A stretch of DNA of 18,539 nucleotides from an uncultured archaeon (GTDB taxonomy: Archaea; Asgardarchaeota; Lokiarchaeia; Sigyniarchaeales; SOKP01): assembly GCA_964525635.1 (NCBI GenBank), contig CAZGJX010000087.1, forward strand, positions 1-18,539, in the 5' to 3' direction. Positions 1 through 9,361 of the stretch are shown here, in pieces. The notes under the pieces are model-generated. The model had not been told where the DNA came from and searched no databases. It saw only the letters and a program-made list of their open reading frames with translations. The position numbers and the translations under genes are program-made. Position 1 is the first letter of the stretch. Every line of letters starts with the position of its first letter.

Positions 1-835
1 AATTCTCTACTTTTTGTTTTTTCTGTATTTTTCTTATTTTTCTAAAACCTGAAATGAGTTTTCTAATTGAGAATCCTCTAAATGTTTTTCCATTATCTTT
101 ACAGTTTGGTAATACATATGGAAGTACTTTATTGCAGCTTTCTTCAATATCAGTTGCTACATATTTCATAACTAGATCTAATTCTTCTTTATATGTTTTT
201 TCATCTTTCCATTCTTTAATAACACTTGATCCTTTGATTAAATTTGTTTTTATCATCCCTGGTTGAAATATGTTTATCTTTATATCTTCTTCTTCTTTTT
301 TAAGCTCTTCTGCTAAACATCTAGAAAATGCGGTTACTCCACCTTTAGATGCTGAATAAATTGTCATATGTTCAATTGGACGATCTGCTCCTCCTCCCGA
401 AAGGGTTACAATTCTACCATATCCTTGTTTTCTCATTTGTGGTATAACAGCAGCAATTGAATTCATAACACCTATTAAATTAGTTCCTATTACCATTTTC
501 GCATCGTTATTAACTTTTTCCAATGTTAAAAAATTAAAGGGGCCATAAGTTAAATTAAGTCCTGCATTTGCTATTAAAATACGAATTGAACCAAATGTAT
601 TTTTTGTTTTTTCTACGAGTTCCTTAAGTTCTAAAGGATTATTTACATTACAAACAAATCCAATAACAGAATCTCCAAACCTCTTTTTAAATTTAACAAG
701 TGTTTTATTTACATTATCTTCGTTTCCAGAACATATTGCGACTTTACACCCTTCTTTGAGAAATATTTCTGCTAGTTTTTTTCCAATCCCGCTTGTAGAA
801 CCCGTTATAATAGCAGTTTCATTGTTTAATCTCAT
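1..835 (-). CDS. Short-chain dehydrogenase/reductase (SDR, FabG-like); 3' end runs off the window edge
   Basis: Not in the ORF track. Manual translation from ATG at 835 gives MRLNNETAIITGSTSGIG (TGxxxGIG), later ILIANAG and catalytic IYSASKGG (YxxxK). GAGGTG RBS lies just upstream. No stop seen in the last codons before position 1. Confidence 0.93.
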   Translation of the reverse strand, partial: MRLNNETAIITGSTSGIGKKLAEIFLKEGCKVAICSGNEDNVNKTLVKFKKRFGDSVIGFVCNVNNPLELKELVEKTKNTFGSIRILIANAGLNLTYGPFNFLTLEKVNNDAKMVIGTNLIGVMNSIAAVIPQMRKQGYGRIVTLSGGGADRPIEHMTIYSASKGGVTAFSRCLAEELKKEEEDIKINIFQPGMIKTNLIKGSSVIKEWKDEKTYKEELDLVMKYVATDIEESCNKVLPYVLPNCKDNGKTFRGFSIRKLISGFRKIRKIQKKQKVEN

Positions 836-1148
836 TAAATACACCTCAAGATTATACTTATTTTTTTTTAATCATAATCGAAAATTGGACGGATAATTTA
901 AACTATATTAAAAACAATTTAATATTAAATTATTTACTCAATTTAGTTAATAATATTTATATTAATAGAATTTTATTACTAATTCAATTAAGACTCTATA
1001 GGTAAAATCTTAGAATATGATAATAATAAACTATTTTTATATAATTATTTGATTTTTAAGAATTAAAAATATAAATATGAATAATAAAAATTTAAATTCC
1101 TAATTTTTTATTAAAATAAAAATTATCAGAATTTTTAAAAAAAATAGC

Positions 1149-2261
1149 ATGAGAGAAATTGTTATATCATCTGTCGCCATTTATATTGTTTCGATTTTTG
1201 TTTTTGCTGTAGTATCTTTGTATTTTTTTATTTTTTTCCTCAAAACTTATATTAAAACTAAACAAAAAATGTTTGGTTATTTATCAGTTTATTTTTTAAC
1301 TCATATACTTGCTAATATATTTGGCATCTCAAAACTCTCCTCAAATGGAGATATAGCAACAAATTTCCATATATTAAATAAAATATTTGAAATGTTAGTT
1401 TTATTAGTCCTTATTTTACTTCTTGAAGTATTTGAAAAAAATATTCAATTCTCAACTAAACAAACTATTATGACTATGTTAATTTTTACTATAATTGGAG
1501 GTTTTATCTCAGATCCACCTAGTAGAGATGATTTTCTTAACTATTTTAATATATTTACTTATCATGGAAGTCCAATTTTAATTCTTCAAGCTATTTTTTA
1601 TATATTAACGGTCTTTTGGTTAGCTATAATGCTCTATAGAAGTAAAAAAAAAGCATGGTCATTAAAACAAAAAACCTTTATGTCTAGGCTTATAGTTGGT
1701 GTCTTTCTTTCAATTTCTTCTGCACTTATTCCAGTTTTAGTAGAAATTACAGATCCTTTTGAATATGGGACTTTATTTGTTATTATTGTAACTATAACCT
1801 TTATGGTTCAACATTTTGGGGTATATATAAATGGATATGCTTTTCTCAAAGTATGGAAAAATCCTTGGTTATTACAAAGACAGAAAATTCATTTACTTTT
1901 AGTATTCAATAAAAATGGGATTGAATTATTTACTAAATCATTTGATAGAGAACTTAATCTAGGAGATTCTGTTCTAATAGGAGGAGTCTTCTCAGGTATT
2001 AATTCATTAATTCAGGAAACAACAAAAACTAAAACTCATATTGAATCTATTAATTTGAAAGGGAAGGAGCTAAGATTTATTACAAGAGAAAACTTTGTAA
2101 GTGCTATTATTATTGATTATTCCACTCAAGCATCTGAAATTGCCCATAACAAATTTGCAAAGGATTTTGAAAAAAAATTTTCTAGAAATTTGGCAGTTCT
2201 CCAAGGTCAAACTTCAAATTTTAGCTCAGCTGAAGAGATAGCACTGACTTATTTTTCATAG
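1149..2261 (+). CDS. Seven-TM membrane protein with C-terminal longin-like domain
   Basis: About seven hydrophobic helices in aa ~1-235. The soluble ~125-aa tail (IHLLLVFNKNGIELFTKSF...LIGGVFSGINSLIQE...IESINLKGKELRF...FAKDFEKKF) follows the beta-beta-alpha-beta-beta-beta-alpha pattern of Asgard longin domains. Confidence 0.75.
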   Translation: MREIVISSVAIYIVSIFVFAVVSLYFFIFFLKTYIKTKQKMFGYLSVYFLTHILANIFGISKLSSNGDIATNFHILNKIFEMLVLLVLILLLEVFEKNIQFSTKQTIMTMLIFTIIGGFISDPPSRDDFLNYFNIFTYHGSPILILQAIFYILTVFWLAIMLYRSKKKAWSLKQKTFMSRLIVGVFLSISSALIPVLVEITDPFEYGTLFVIIVTITFMVQHFGVYINGYAFLKVWKNPWLLQRQKIHLLLVFNKNGIELFTKSFDRELNLGDSVLIGGVFSGINSLIQETTKTKTHIESINLKGKELRFITRENFVSAIIIDYSTQASEIAHNKFAKDFEKKFSRNLAVLQGQTSNFSSAEEIALTYFS

Positions 2262-2431
2262 GTCTTTAATGAATTTAATCTTAATAGGGTAATTTAAAAT
2301 TGGATTTTATTTATATTTTTCAAGATATTCTTAAAAGCTAATTTTGTTTAAATATAATCCTAAAGTTTTAAAAAACATTTTTTTTTACAATAATTTAAGA
2401 GATCGTAATAGTTCAAAATAACATAATAATT

Positions 2432-2455
2432 AAATAGAATTATTTCATTCTATTT
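2432..2455. promoter_or_regulatory. Inverted repeat upstream of the LRR-TIR gene, possible operator
   Basis: AAATAGAAT-N6-ATTCTATTT, perfect 9-bp arms, about 50 bp before the ATG at 2506. AT-rich, so chance occurrence is possible. Confidence 0.3.
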
Positions 2456-2505
2456 CTAAATTTTAAATAATTACCAAAAAAAAAATCTTCAATAGTGAAA
2501 ATAAG

Positions 2506-4167
2506 ATGAGTAATGACATGGATATTATTAAGGAACTTGAAAAGATAACTGAAAAAAAATTTGCAGAATATACTTCATTATATGATGATGATATGAATTA
2601 TCATTATATTACTAAAGATAACAATGTTATTGAAATAAGTTTAGATATAATGAAATTAAATTTAAATGATAAGAAACTTGAACTCGTAGATAAAGTTATT
2701 AAAAAATTACATAATTTAAAAAGACTTAATATAATATACAGTAAAAATAATGAACTCCCAGAATGTTTAAAAGATTTTATTAATTTAGAGCATTTAAGTT
2801 TATATAATAATAAATTGGCATCACTTCCCAATTGGATTGGAGAATTCAAACATTTAAAGACCTTAAATCTAGAAGGAAATAATTTAATTAATATACCTGA
2901 CGTCTTTAAGAATTTTAATAACCTTGAATACCTAAACCTTACTAAAAATGATATATCTGATTTATCAGATTGGTTATTAACTCTAAATAATTTAAATAAT
3001 CTCTTACTAAAGAATAATTTTAACCTTAAATGGAATCAGAAGAATTTAAAGATTTTAAAACAACTACATAGTAAAGGAACTAAAATAGAAGCACCTGAAA
3101 TATTTTCTCTTCAAATTCAAAATAATCTTCCTGAGGAACAAATAGAATTAATAAGAGATTTTGAAAAAGAAAAAATAGAAATGAATAAAAAAGGAAAATA
3201 TACAAATCCACTCAATATAAAAATAGTTGATGGGAAAATAGTTAAATGGAGAATGTTTGAATATTCTTTTACATCCTTACCTGATAATTTTGGTGTCTTT
3301 AAAGATTTAAAATCATTAGAAATAGTGAATACTCCCCTTGAGAATCTTCCTGATTCTTTTGGACAACTAACAAATTTAGAATATCTTGATTTATCTAATT
3401 GTTCTCTTAGTTCTCTACCAGACTCATTTGTTAATTTAATTTTAATTTCCAAATTAAAATTAAATAATAACAAGTTTAATGAGATTCCTACACCTTTATG
3501 GGCGCTTAATGAATTAGTAGATTTAGATCTTACAAACAATCCTATAAGTGATGAAGAAAAGAATATTATGCAGAAAGCTCCAGATACAATAAGAGAATAT
3601 CTAAGAAAGAAGGCAACAATTAAAATCTTTATATCTCATGCAGTTATTGACTTTAATCCATACCGAATAAAGGAAATTGTAGAATATTTAGAGAAACAAA
3701 AAGAAATCTCTGAAGTATTCTTTTGTGAAGAAGATCTTGCTGGAAATATTGACGAATGGATGTTAAACGCCGTACAGAAATGTCAATTACTATTATTTAT
3801 AGGTACGAACAAATCCGTTTTTAATTCACCTGACTGTGCTAATGAATTACAACTTGCTGATAAATTTTCTATCCCCGTGATTCCTATCAAAGGGGATGAT
3901 GTAGATTGGCCAGATTTAGCTAAAATTAATTTATCTAGGGAATTAGGTCTCGAATATGATATAGATAATTTTGATGAATTCAGCAGCAATCTTTACAAAT
4001 ATATAGAGAATTTTAAACGAGAAATTGATTTAATGAGTAAAGAAGGTAGGGTAAAAGGTATTACAGATATTTATGAACGATTCCGTCTCATATTAGATGA
4101 AACTGTTGGCGATTTAAAAAATAAAATAACCCTACTTGAAAAAAGAATTGAGAACCTTGAAAAATAA
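2506..4167 (+). CDS. Leucine-rich repeat protein with C-terminal TIR domain and coiled coil
   Basis: Two blocks of LxxLxLxxNxLxxLP repeats. TIR motifs start at ~3619 (KIFISHA...SPDCANEL..A...IPVIPI). Heptad tail LKNKITLLEKRIENLEK. No TM segment or signal peptide. Confidence 0.9.
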   Translation: MSNDMDIIKELEKITEKKFAEYTSLYDDDMNYHYITKDNNVIEISLDIMKLNLNDKKLELVDKVIKKLHNLKRLNIIYSKNNELPECLKDFINLEHLSLYNNKLASLPNWIGEFKHLKTLNLEGNNLINIPDVFKNFNNLEYLNLTKNDISDLSDWLLTLNNLNNLLLKNNFNLKWNQKNLKILKQLHSKGTKIEAPEIFSLQIQNNLPEEQIELIRDFEKEKIEMNKKGKYTNPLNIKIVDGKIVKWRMFEYSFTSLPDNFGVFKDLKSLEIVNTPLENLPDSFGQLTNLEYLDLSNCSLSSLPDSFVNLILISKLKLNNNKFNEIPTPLWALNELVDLDLTNNPISDEEKNIMQKAPDTIREYLRKKATIKIFISHAVIDFNPYRIKEIVEYLEKQKEISEVFFCEEDLAGNIDEWMLNAVQKCQLLLFIGTNKSVFNSPDCANELQLADKFSIPVIPIKGDDVDWPDLAKINLSRELGLEYDIDNFDEFSSNLYKYIENFKREIDLMSKEGRVKGITDIYERFRLILDETVGDLKNKITLLEKRIENLEK

Positions 4168-4284
4168 ATCCTAATATCTTTCAAATTTTGTTTACAGATT
4201 TTTTTTATTAATTTATTTTCTTTTTATTAGTATCAATATACCTTGATTTATTTAGATTTTTTATGAAAATTAATACTGAATAGA

Positions 4285-4339
4285 ATTGAAATTTCAATAT
4301 TATTTTTTTGTGGGACCTTTGGTCCGAAATCATTTATAT
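4285..4339 (+). promoter_or_regulatory. Putative archaeal BRE/TATA promoter with adjacent palindromes for the ABC operon
   Basis: Perfect palindrome ATTGAAATTTCAAT (4285-4298) and GGACC-TTT-GGTCC (4313-4325). These are followed by CGAAA and TTTATAT (4333-4339), about 85 bp before the ATG. Confidence 0.45.
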
Positions 4340-4421
4340 TCATACTTAAATTTTACTATTTAAATTCAAACTTTTTTAAGTATTAAAAAAAAAAGTTAGA
4401 AAATAAATAAAGTGAAAAAAT

Positions 4422-5489
4422 ATGGCGGAACCAGTGTTAAAATTAATAAATTTAAAGAAAAAGTATGGGAAATTTACTGCTATAAATGAGATAAATCTGG
4501 ACGTATATAGTGGTGAAATAATAGGATTTGTTGGTCCTAATGGAGCAGGTAAAACTACAGTGATTAAAATGATCGCAAATTTAATCCAACCCACTTCAGG
4601 TGGAATTCTTGTTCAAAATATCAAAGGTGAATTACAAAATATTTATTCAAAATCTAATAATTATATTGATTTTGGATTCTTAATAGATCAACCTTATTTT
4701 TATAAAGATTCAACCCCTAAACAGGTCTTAAGATATCTTGCAAGAGCACAACATTATCCTAAAAAGGAAATTAATAATAGAATTGATAAATTACTCAAAA
4801 TGTTTAATTTATATCAATGGAAAGATGAAAAAATAAAAAATTTTTCAAAGGGAATGAGGCAAAAGTTAGGAATCGCACAAGCACTTCTAATTGATCCAAA
4901 AATCATTATTTTAGATGAACCTCAAACGGGATTAGATCCTAAAGCACGTATAGAACTAAGAACATTACTCCGGAAACTTCAAAGGAATGGAAAAACTATT
5001 TTCGTAGCTTCTCACTTACTTCATGAAATATCAGAAGTGTGTGATAAGATAGCATTAATTAATCAAGGAAAAATAATAGCCTTTAATACTATTGAAAACT
5101 TAGAAAATAATCTAAAAACTAATCTAATAGAATGTCAACTCTTAAAACCAATCAAAAATAAAAATAACAACATTATAGACATATTGATAAAAGCACTTGA
5201 ACCTTACTTAGATATGAATATGATTTCAGAATTAAATAAAAAACCTATTTATATTAATCCAGATAATAATAATTTGGATATATATTTTGATGGATCTAAA
5301 GAATCAATGGCGGAGATATTAGATATTTTAGTCACTAGATTTAAACCTGAAATTAGATTAGTTTCATTTGCCCAGCAACGTACTTCTCAATTAGAAAGAA
5401 TATATGCTGAATTATTAAATGAATATAATGAACAAAAAATTCCATCAACAATAATAAATAAAGGTGAGAACGTTGCAATTGCTCGATAA
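4422..5489 (+). CDS. ABC-2 type exporter ATP-binding subunit
   Basis: Walker A GPNGAGKTT, signature FSKGMRQK, Walker B IIILDEP, H-loop ASH. Confidence 0.96.
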   Translation: MAEPVLKLINLKKKYGKFTAINEINLDVYSGEIIGFVGPNGAGKTTVIKMIANLIQPTSGGILVQNIKGELQNIYSKSNNYIDFGFLIDQPYFYKDSTPKQVLRYLARAQHYPKKEINNRIDKLLKMFNLYQWKDEKIKNFSKGMRQKLGIAQALLIDPKIIILDEPQTGLDPKARIELRTLLRKLQRNGKTIFVASHLLHEISEVCDKIALINQGKIIAFNTIENLENNLKTNLIECQLLKPIKNKNNNIIDILIKALEPYLDMNMISELNKKPIYINPDNNNLDIYFDGSKESMAEILDILVTRFKPEIRLVSFAQQRTSQLERIYAELLNEYNEQKIPSTIINKGENVAIAR

Positions 5490-6342
5490 AGAAGATTTAA
5501 GAATGGTTTTATATCAAAAAAATAAAACTTATTTAACATTAAAAACAATTGCCGTAACTATCATTTTTGAATTGAAAAGAAATTGGAAAAAATTTATAGG
5601 ATTCGCAATAGTATCATTTTTGTTTGTTTTAGCATTAAGCATTTTACCATATGTTTTAATTCCTGAATATCCTTTACCTGAAACTCAAAATGAATATTTC
5701 ACAGAGGGCCTTCAGTTTTTTATAATAATTATTATAATTGCTGCATGTCTATTTTTTGGTGGCATTATTTGTTCAGAATATAGTAATAGAACTGGATATA
5801 TTGTTTTTCCTATAATTGGGAAACAAAAAGCATTCATAGGGAAATTTATAGGAGGTATAATCTATATATATTTGATTATAGGAATTTTTTATTTGACTCT
5901 TGGTATAGCTGGTTTATTTTTATATGGAAAACTTATAGATCTTTTCTTTATGAGTTTCGTTTTTGCATTAATATGCTCTTTAGCTATGTGCTGTTTTATA
6001 TCATTATTGAGTTCATTTCTAAAAAATACAACTTTATCAATTGTTATATCAATAACGATTTTATTAGTGGGAGATCGGATCTTAAGTACTCTTATGAGTC
6101 TTGTGGCTCCTGATTTTGAACCATTTTACTCATTAAATTATGCATCTAATATAATAATATATGTGTTTGATAATGATTTCCTATTAGGAGAAATGGTGAG
6201 ATTTCATGAGAGATATAGAATGGGTTTTGAAATTACTGTCTGGATAACTCCCTCTTTGGAAGCAGGATTAGCTATAATGATTTCATATATGGTGATAAGT
6301 TTAATCCCAACTTTTCTGTTCCTAAAACGGAGACAATTATAA
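5464..6342 (+). CDS. ABC-2 type exporter permease (start may be TTG 5473 or ATG 5503)
   Basis: About six TM helices with a ICSEYSNRTG...PI...AFIGKF motif typical of ABC-2 permeases. Overlaps the ATPase end; AAGGTGA RBS precedes TTG 5473. Confidence 0.9.
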   Translation: MRTLQLLDKEDLRMVLYQKNKTYLTLKTIAVTIIFELKRNWKKFIGFAIVSFLFVLALSILPYVLIPEYPLPETQNEYFTEGLQFFIIIIIIAACLFFGGIICSEYSNRTGYIVFPIIGKQKAFIGKFIGGIIYIYLIIGIFYLTLGIAGLFLYGKLIDLFFMSFVFALICSLAMCCFISLLSSFLKNTTLSIVISITILLVGDRILSTLMSLVAPDFEPFYSLNYASNIIIYVFDNDFLLGEMVRFHERYRMGFEITVWITPSLEAGLAIMISYMVISLIPTFLFLKRRQL

Positions 6343-6347
6343 AACCA

Positions 6348-6364
6348 ATTTTTATTTTTTTTTT
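6348..6364 (+). terminator. Oligo-T archaeal terminator candidate
   Basis: T-rich run immediately after the permease stop codon. Confidence 0.4.
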
Positions 6365-6496
6365 CTATCAATTTTAAAATATGATTAAAAACTTAGGGAT
6401 ATATACTTATATTATAATTCTTCTTTAAGATGGATATATTAATTAGATTGTCAGAAAAGAAAAGATATCTATTAAATGTAAAAATATAATTTTTAC

Positions 6497-6805
6497 TTGA
6501 AAAGGATGGTAAAAAAAAATTATCGTACTTCAAATATGATTATCCAAAACATATTAGAAGGAATACTACGAGAAAATAAAAAAAATCCAGTAATCCAGAA
6601 AGGAATAAAGAAATCTCATTTAATAGTATATTGTAAATTAAAGACAATCACTGCTGAAAAATACCTTATAAAAATGACAAATGCAGGATATATTAGACTT
6701 TTTGAAGAAACTTGGGGTGAACGAATTATTAAGATTTATGATATAACTAAACTTGGAAGGGAAAGATATGAGTGGTTTGTTAAAATAAATGCTGAAGTGG
6801 GATAA
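6497..6805 (+). CDS. Archaeal winged helix-turn-helix regulator (HTH_45-like); likely start ATG 6506
   Basis: RTSNMIIQNIL...GIKKSHL...C.L.....EKYL..M...GYI...YDITKLGRE pattern. Confidence 0.8.
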   Translation: MKRMVKKNYRTSNMIIQNILEGILRENKKNPVIQKGIKKSHLIVYCKLKTITAEKYLIKMTNAGYIRLFEETWGERIIKIYDITKLGRERYEWFVKINAEVG

Positions 6806-6874
6806 TTTAAATGATATATGCTAAATATCAATAAAAAAGGGAAAAAAATTCAATAAAAGTGAAAAAATAAAAAC

Positions 6875-7540
6875 ATGAGTAGTATAGATAAAATAGATAA
6901 ATGGGGCTTGAATTATATTAGAAAAACAAGATTTTATTTAAAAATAAGCGCAATTCTACCCATTTATACGATTATTATTGGAATTATAAATCTCGGTTTT
7001 TTAATTTATTTATATACGATCTCAACAGAATCTCATAAGGTTATTCCTATTCATGGAATAATAGTTTTTATATGTTTTATTTCAATTCTGCTTATATCAT
7101 TATTACAATTTTTATTTTTAAGAAAATGGAATTTGAAAATCAAAGTATATAATAAAATGATAAAAATAGAAAAGAATGATAACAGCAATGTATTGGATGA
7201 AAATATTAATAAAAATATAAAAATGGATGAAATGTCTTTAACAGATATTTTTTATGAGGTTATAAACCATATGGAAAAAATAAGAAAATTATTTATTATT
7301 CTCAATATTTTTTCAGCAATCTACATTTTTTACAATTCTCTCATGTTTGTTCGGTTATTTATTTTTATCAAAAAAGCATTTATTTTGATTTTTCAAACAA
7401 TTAGATATCTAAATTTGAGTGTAGCAATTGTTCTAATTATTTATTTAATATATATGTGGCACCATTATATCAAATGGAATAAAAAATTAAAAAAACTTAA
7501 GAATTATGAGATAATGATTAGTCAAGAGCTCAACCTTTAA
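6875..7540 (+). CDS. Hypothetical membrane protein, 4 TM, apparent internal duplication
   Basis: Two TM hairpins, each ending in a similar motif (FLRKWNLKIKVY and YIKWNKKLKKL). Confidence 0.75.
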   Translation: MSSIDKIDKWGLNYIRKTRFYLKISAILPIYTIIIGIINLGFLIYLYTISTESHKVIPIHGIIVFICFISILLISLLQFLFLRKWNLKIKVYNKMIKIEKNDNSNVLDENINKNIKMDEMSLTDIFYEVINHMEKIRKLFIILNIFSAIYIFYNSLMFVRLFIFIKKAFILIFQTIRYLNLSVAIVLIIYLIYMWHHYIKWNKKLKKLKNYEIMISQELNL

Positions 7541-7587
7541 ATTCTCTTGAAATTAAGCTGACCTCTTTTTGTTCTCCAAATGACTGA

Positions 7588-7951
7588 TTATTTAATAGAT
7601 AGACCATATATTAATAATACATCTTCATGAGTTATAGCAATAAACCAATCTATACCTTTATTCATAATAATATAATCATAATCTTCCCAATAATCCAATT
7701 TCTTTAAATATTCCATAAATAGGAATAACCTTATAAAGATTTCTCTCTCTCTCATCATATAATAAAATTTCTTCTTTTTTATTGACTTTTAATTCTTTTA
7801 ATCTGTTTAAATTAGCTGTTTTTACTATAACTTTGAGGGAATTCCACAATAATGAATTATCTATTAATAATTTATCAATAAACTTCTCAATAAAAATATT
7901 AAGATACTTATCTTTATCTTCAATTTTAATAAAATCCTTATTTAAATCCAG
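7588..7951 (-). pseudogene. Frameshifted small gene, DUF4275-like C-terminus
   Basis: Frame A reads LDLNKDFIKIEDKDKYLNIFIEKF...LLWNSLK...EILLYDERER. Frame B reads FMEYLKKLDYWEDYDYIIMNKGIDWFIAITHEDVLLIYGLSIK* (TAA 7588-7590). The frames overlap around a (GA)6 tract. No in-frame ATG (CTG at 7951; ATG at 7961 is out of frame). Family suggested only by the D-Y-I...W...THE motif. Confidence 0.55.
7742..7753. repeat. (TC)6 / (GA)6 dinucleotide microsatellite
   Basis: Directly visible: tctctctctctc. Confidence 0.9.
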
Positions 7952-8029
7952 TCTATATCATCTTAAAATATGAATTATTTTATCAGAATTATCAAGTAAT
8001 TAAATAAAAATAAGAAATAAAAAAAAGCT

Positions 8030-9181
8030 TTATCTTTCTAATTCCATTTGTTTAATAGCACTAGCACTTCTGAATGGAATATCTTCAATAGATTCTCCAG
8101 GAGTATAATTGAATTTCTCTTTAAAAACTTCATTAAGAGATTGAAAATATAATGATAATGGTAAATGCATAGGACAATTATTATCACAATTCCCACATTC
8201 TATACACCTATCCGCATCATGTGCAATCCGAGTTAATTGATATGTAATATTGTCTATATTTTTGTCTTTTCTTTTCTTTTGTAAAATACAATCAACACAA
8301 TAACAAACAGGGCAACCTCGAATACACATACCACACATGGTGCATTTCTTCAATAACTCTAATTTTTCTGCTTGAGGTTTTTCTTTCCATTCATTGAGAT
8401 CTTTTATTCTTTTTTCTTCAGCTGTTTTTAGTATTTGATTTAAAGTGTTCTCATGATCTTTTTTAATTTTATCATTAAGATTCGTTGTTTTAATGCCAGA
8501 TTTCTCCAATAAGTTATTGCCTTTATCAGAATAAATTTTAATAATGAGCTCATCTGAATCAATAGGTAATCCAATATCACTTATAGAAATATCTGCAATC
8601 ATTGGGATTTTTCTTGTACATCTAGAACAATTTTCAGCAACATCAATGTTTACTTCTTTTGTCTTCCCATCTTTTAATAATAGAATTAATTTTTTATCAC
8701 CAACTTTTTCTTTAGTGATCTTTAAAGGATCGATATTTTTTTCTTTTTTAATCTCTTTTGAAACATTTAATACTATTCCTCGATCCTCAAAAGCAAAAAT
8801 AAATAGATTATCTAAATTGACTTGTTTAATTTTAGCAAGCTCTATTAGTGCTCTTGTATCACATGGTCGAGCAATTAATCCTATTTTTTCACTTTTGGCG
8901 CCCTGAACAGATTTATGTAAAAATTTTGAAGCAGAATCTGTTCTTGAATAACCATAAGCAAGAAGATTGGATAGGGGGAAATTTTCAGTCTTTTCTGGAC
9001 TATCCCATAATTCAGGAGTAATTGTAAACCTATCCTCTTCTCCTGATTTCTTATTTACCTTAATCTTAGCTCCTATAATTTTATCAACGATTTTTTCCTT
9101 TATCAAGGTCGATAATAATTTAGGAAAATCCTTTTCTTTAAATAGATATTGAGCTATTATATCCAAAGCTTTACAACTCAA
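8030..9181 (-). CDS. fdhB: FdhB-like (FrhB/FdhB family) F420-interacting flavoprotein with C-terminal 4Fe-4S dicluster
   Basis: KIGLIARPCDTRALIELAKIKQV motif, NCSRC, CTMCGMCIRGCPVCYCVDC and RCIECGNCDNNCP. TTG start with an in-frame TAA just upstream. Confidence 0.85.
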   Translation of the reverse strand: MSCKALDIIAQYLFKEKDFPKLLSTLIKEKIVDKIIGAKIKVNKKSGEEDRFTITPELWDSPEKTENFPLSNLLAYGYSRTDSASKFLHKSVQGAKSEKIGLIARPCDTRALIELAKIKQVNLDNLFIFAFEDRGIVLNVSKEIKKEKNIDPLKITKEKVGDKKLILLLKDGKTKEVNIDVAENCSRCTRKIPMIADISISDIGLPIDSDELIIKIYSDKGNNLLEKSGIKTTNLNDKIKKDHENTLNQILKTAEEKRIKDLNEWKEKPQAEKLELLKKCTMCGMCIRGCPVCYCVDCILQKKRKDKNIDNITYQLTRIAHDADRCIECGNCDNNCPMHLPLSLYFQSLNEVFKEKFNYTPGESIEDIPFRSASAIKQMELER

Positions 9182-9306
9182 ATTTGATTATTCTTGTTAA
9201 TTTCAAATATATATAATTTATAATTTTTAAAAATATATTCTATATTCTATTGATTTAAATAATTATTAAGAGTATTTTATTCAATAAAATGTGATAAATG
9301 GGGCTT

Positions 9307-9356
9307 CCATCTCTTCGACAAGATTCTAAATTTTATAATCTCATTTCATAAGATAA
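9307..9356 (-). promoter_or_regulatory. Eukaryote-like (Lokiarchaeal-type) SECIS element in the 3' UTR of vhuD
   Basis: Minus strand reads UUAUCU U AUGA A AUGAGAUU AU AAAA UUUAG AAUCUUGU C GA AG AGAUGG. It has an AUGA...GA core (9349-9346 / 9316-9315), a ~10-11 bp upper helix, apical AAA and a 6-bp lower helix. The core starts 12 nt after the stop of a two-UGA gene. Confidence 0.88.
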
Positions 9357-9361
9357 CACAT

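Noticed and set aside
54-266. Track ORF of 70 aa on the plus strand
   Set aside because: Antisense shadow of the SDR gene.
2604-4594. Minus-strand ORFs 2604..2849, 3117..3539, 3783..3989 and 4376..4594
   Set aside because: Antisense shadows of the LRR-TIR and ABC ATPase genes, with no motifs.
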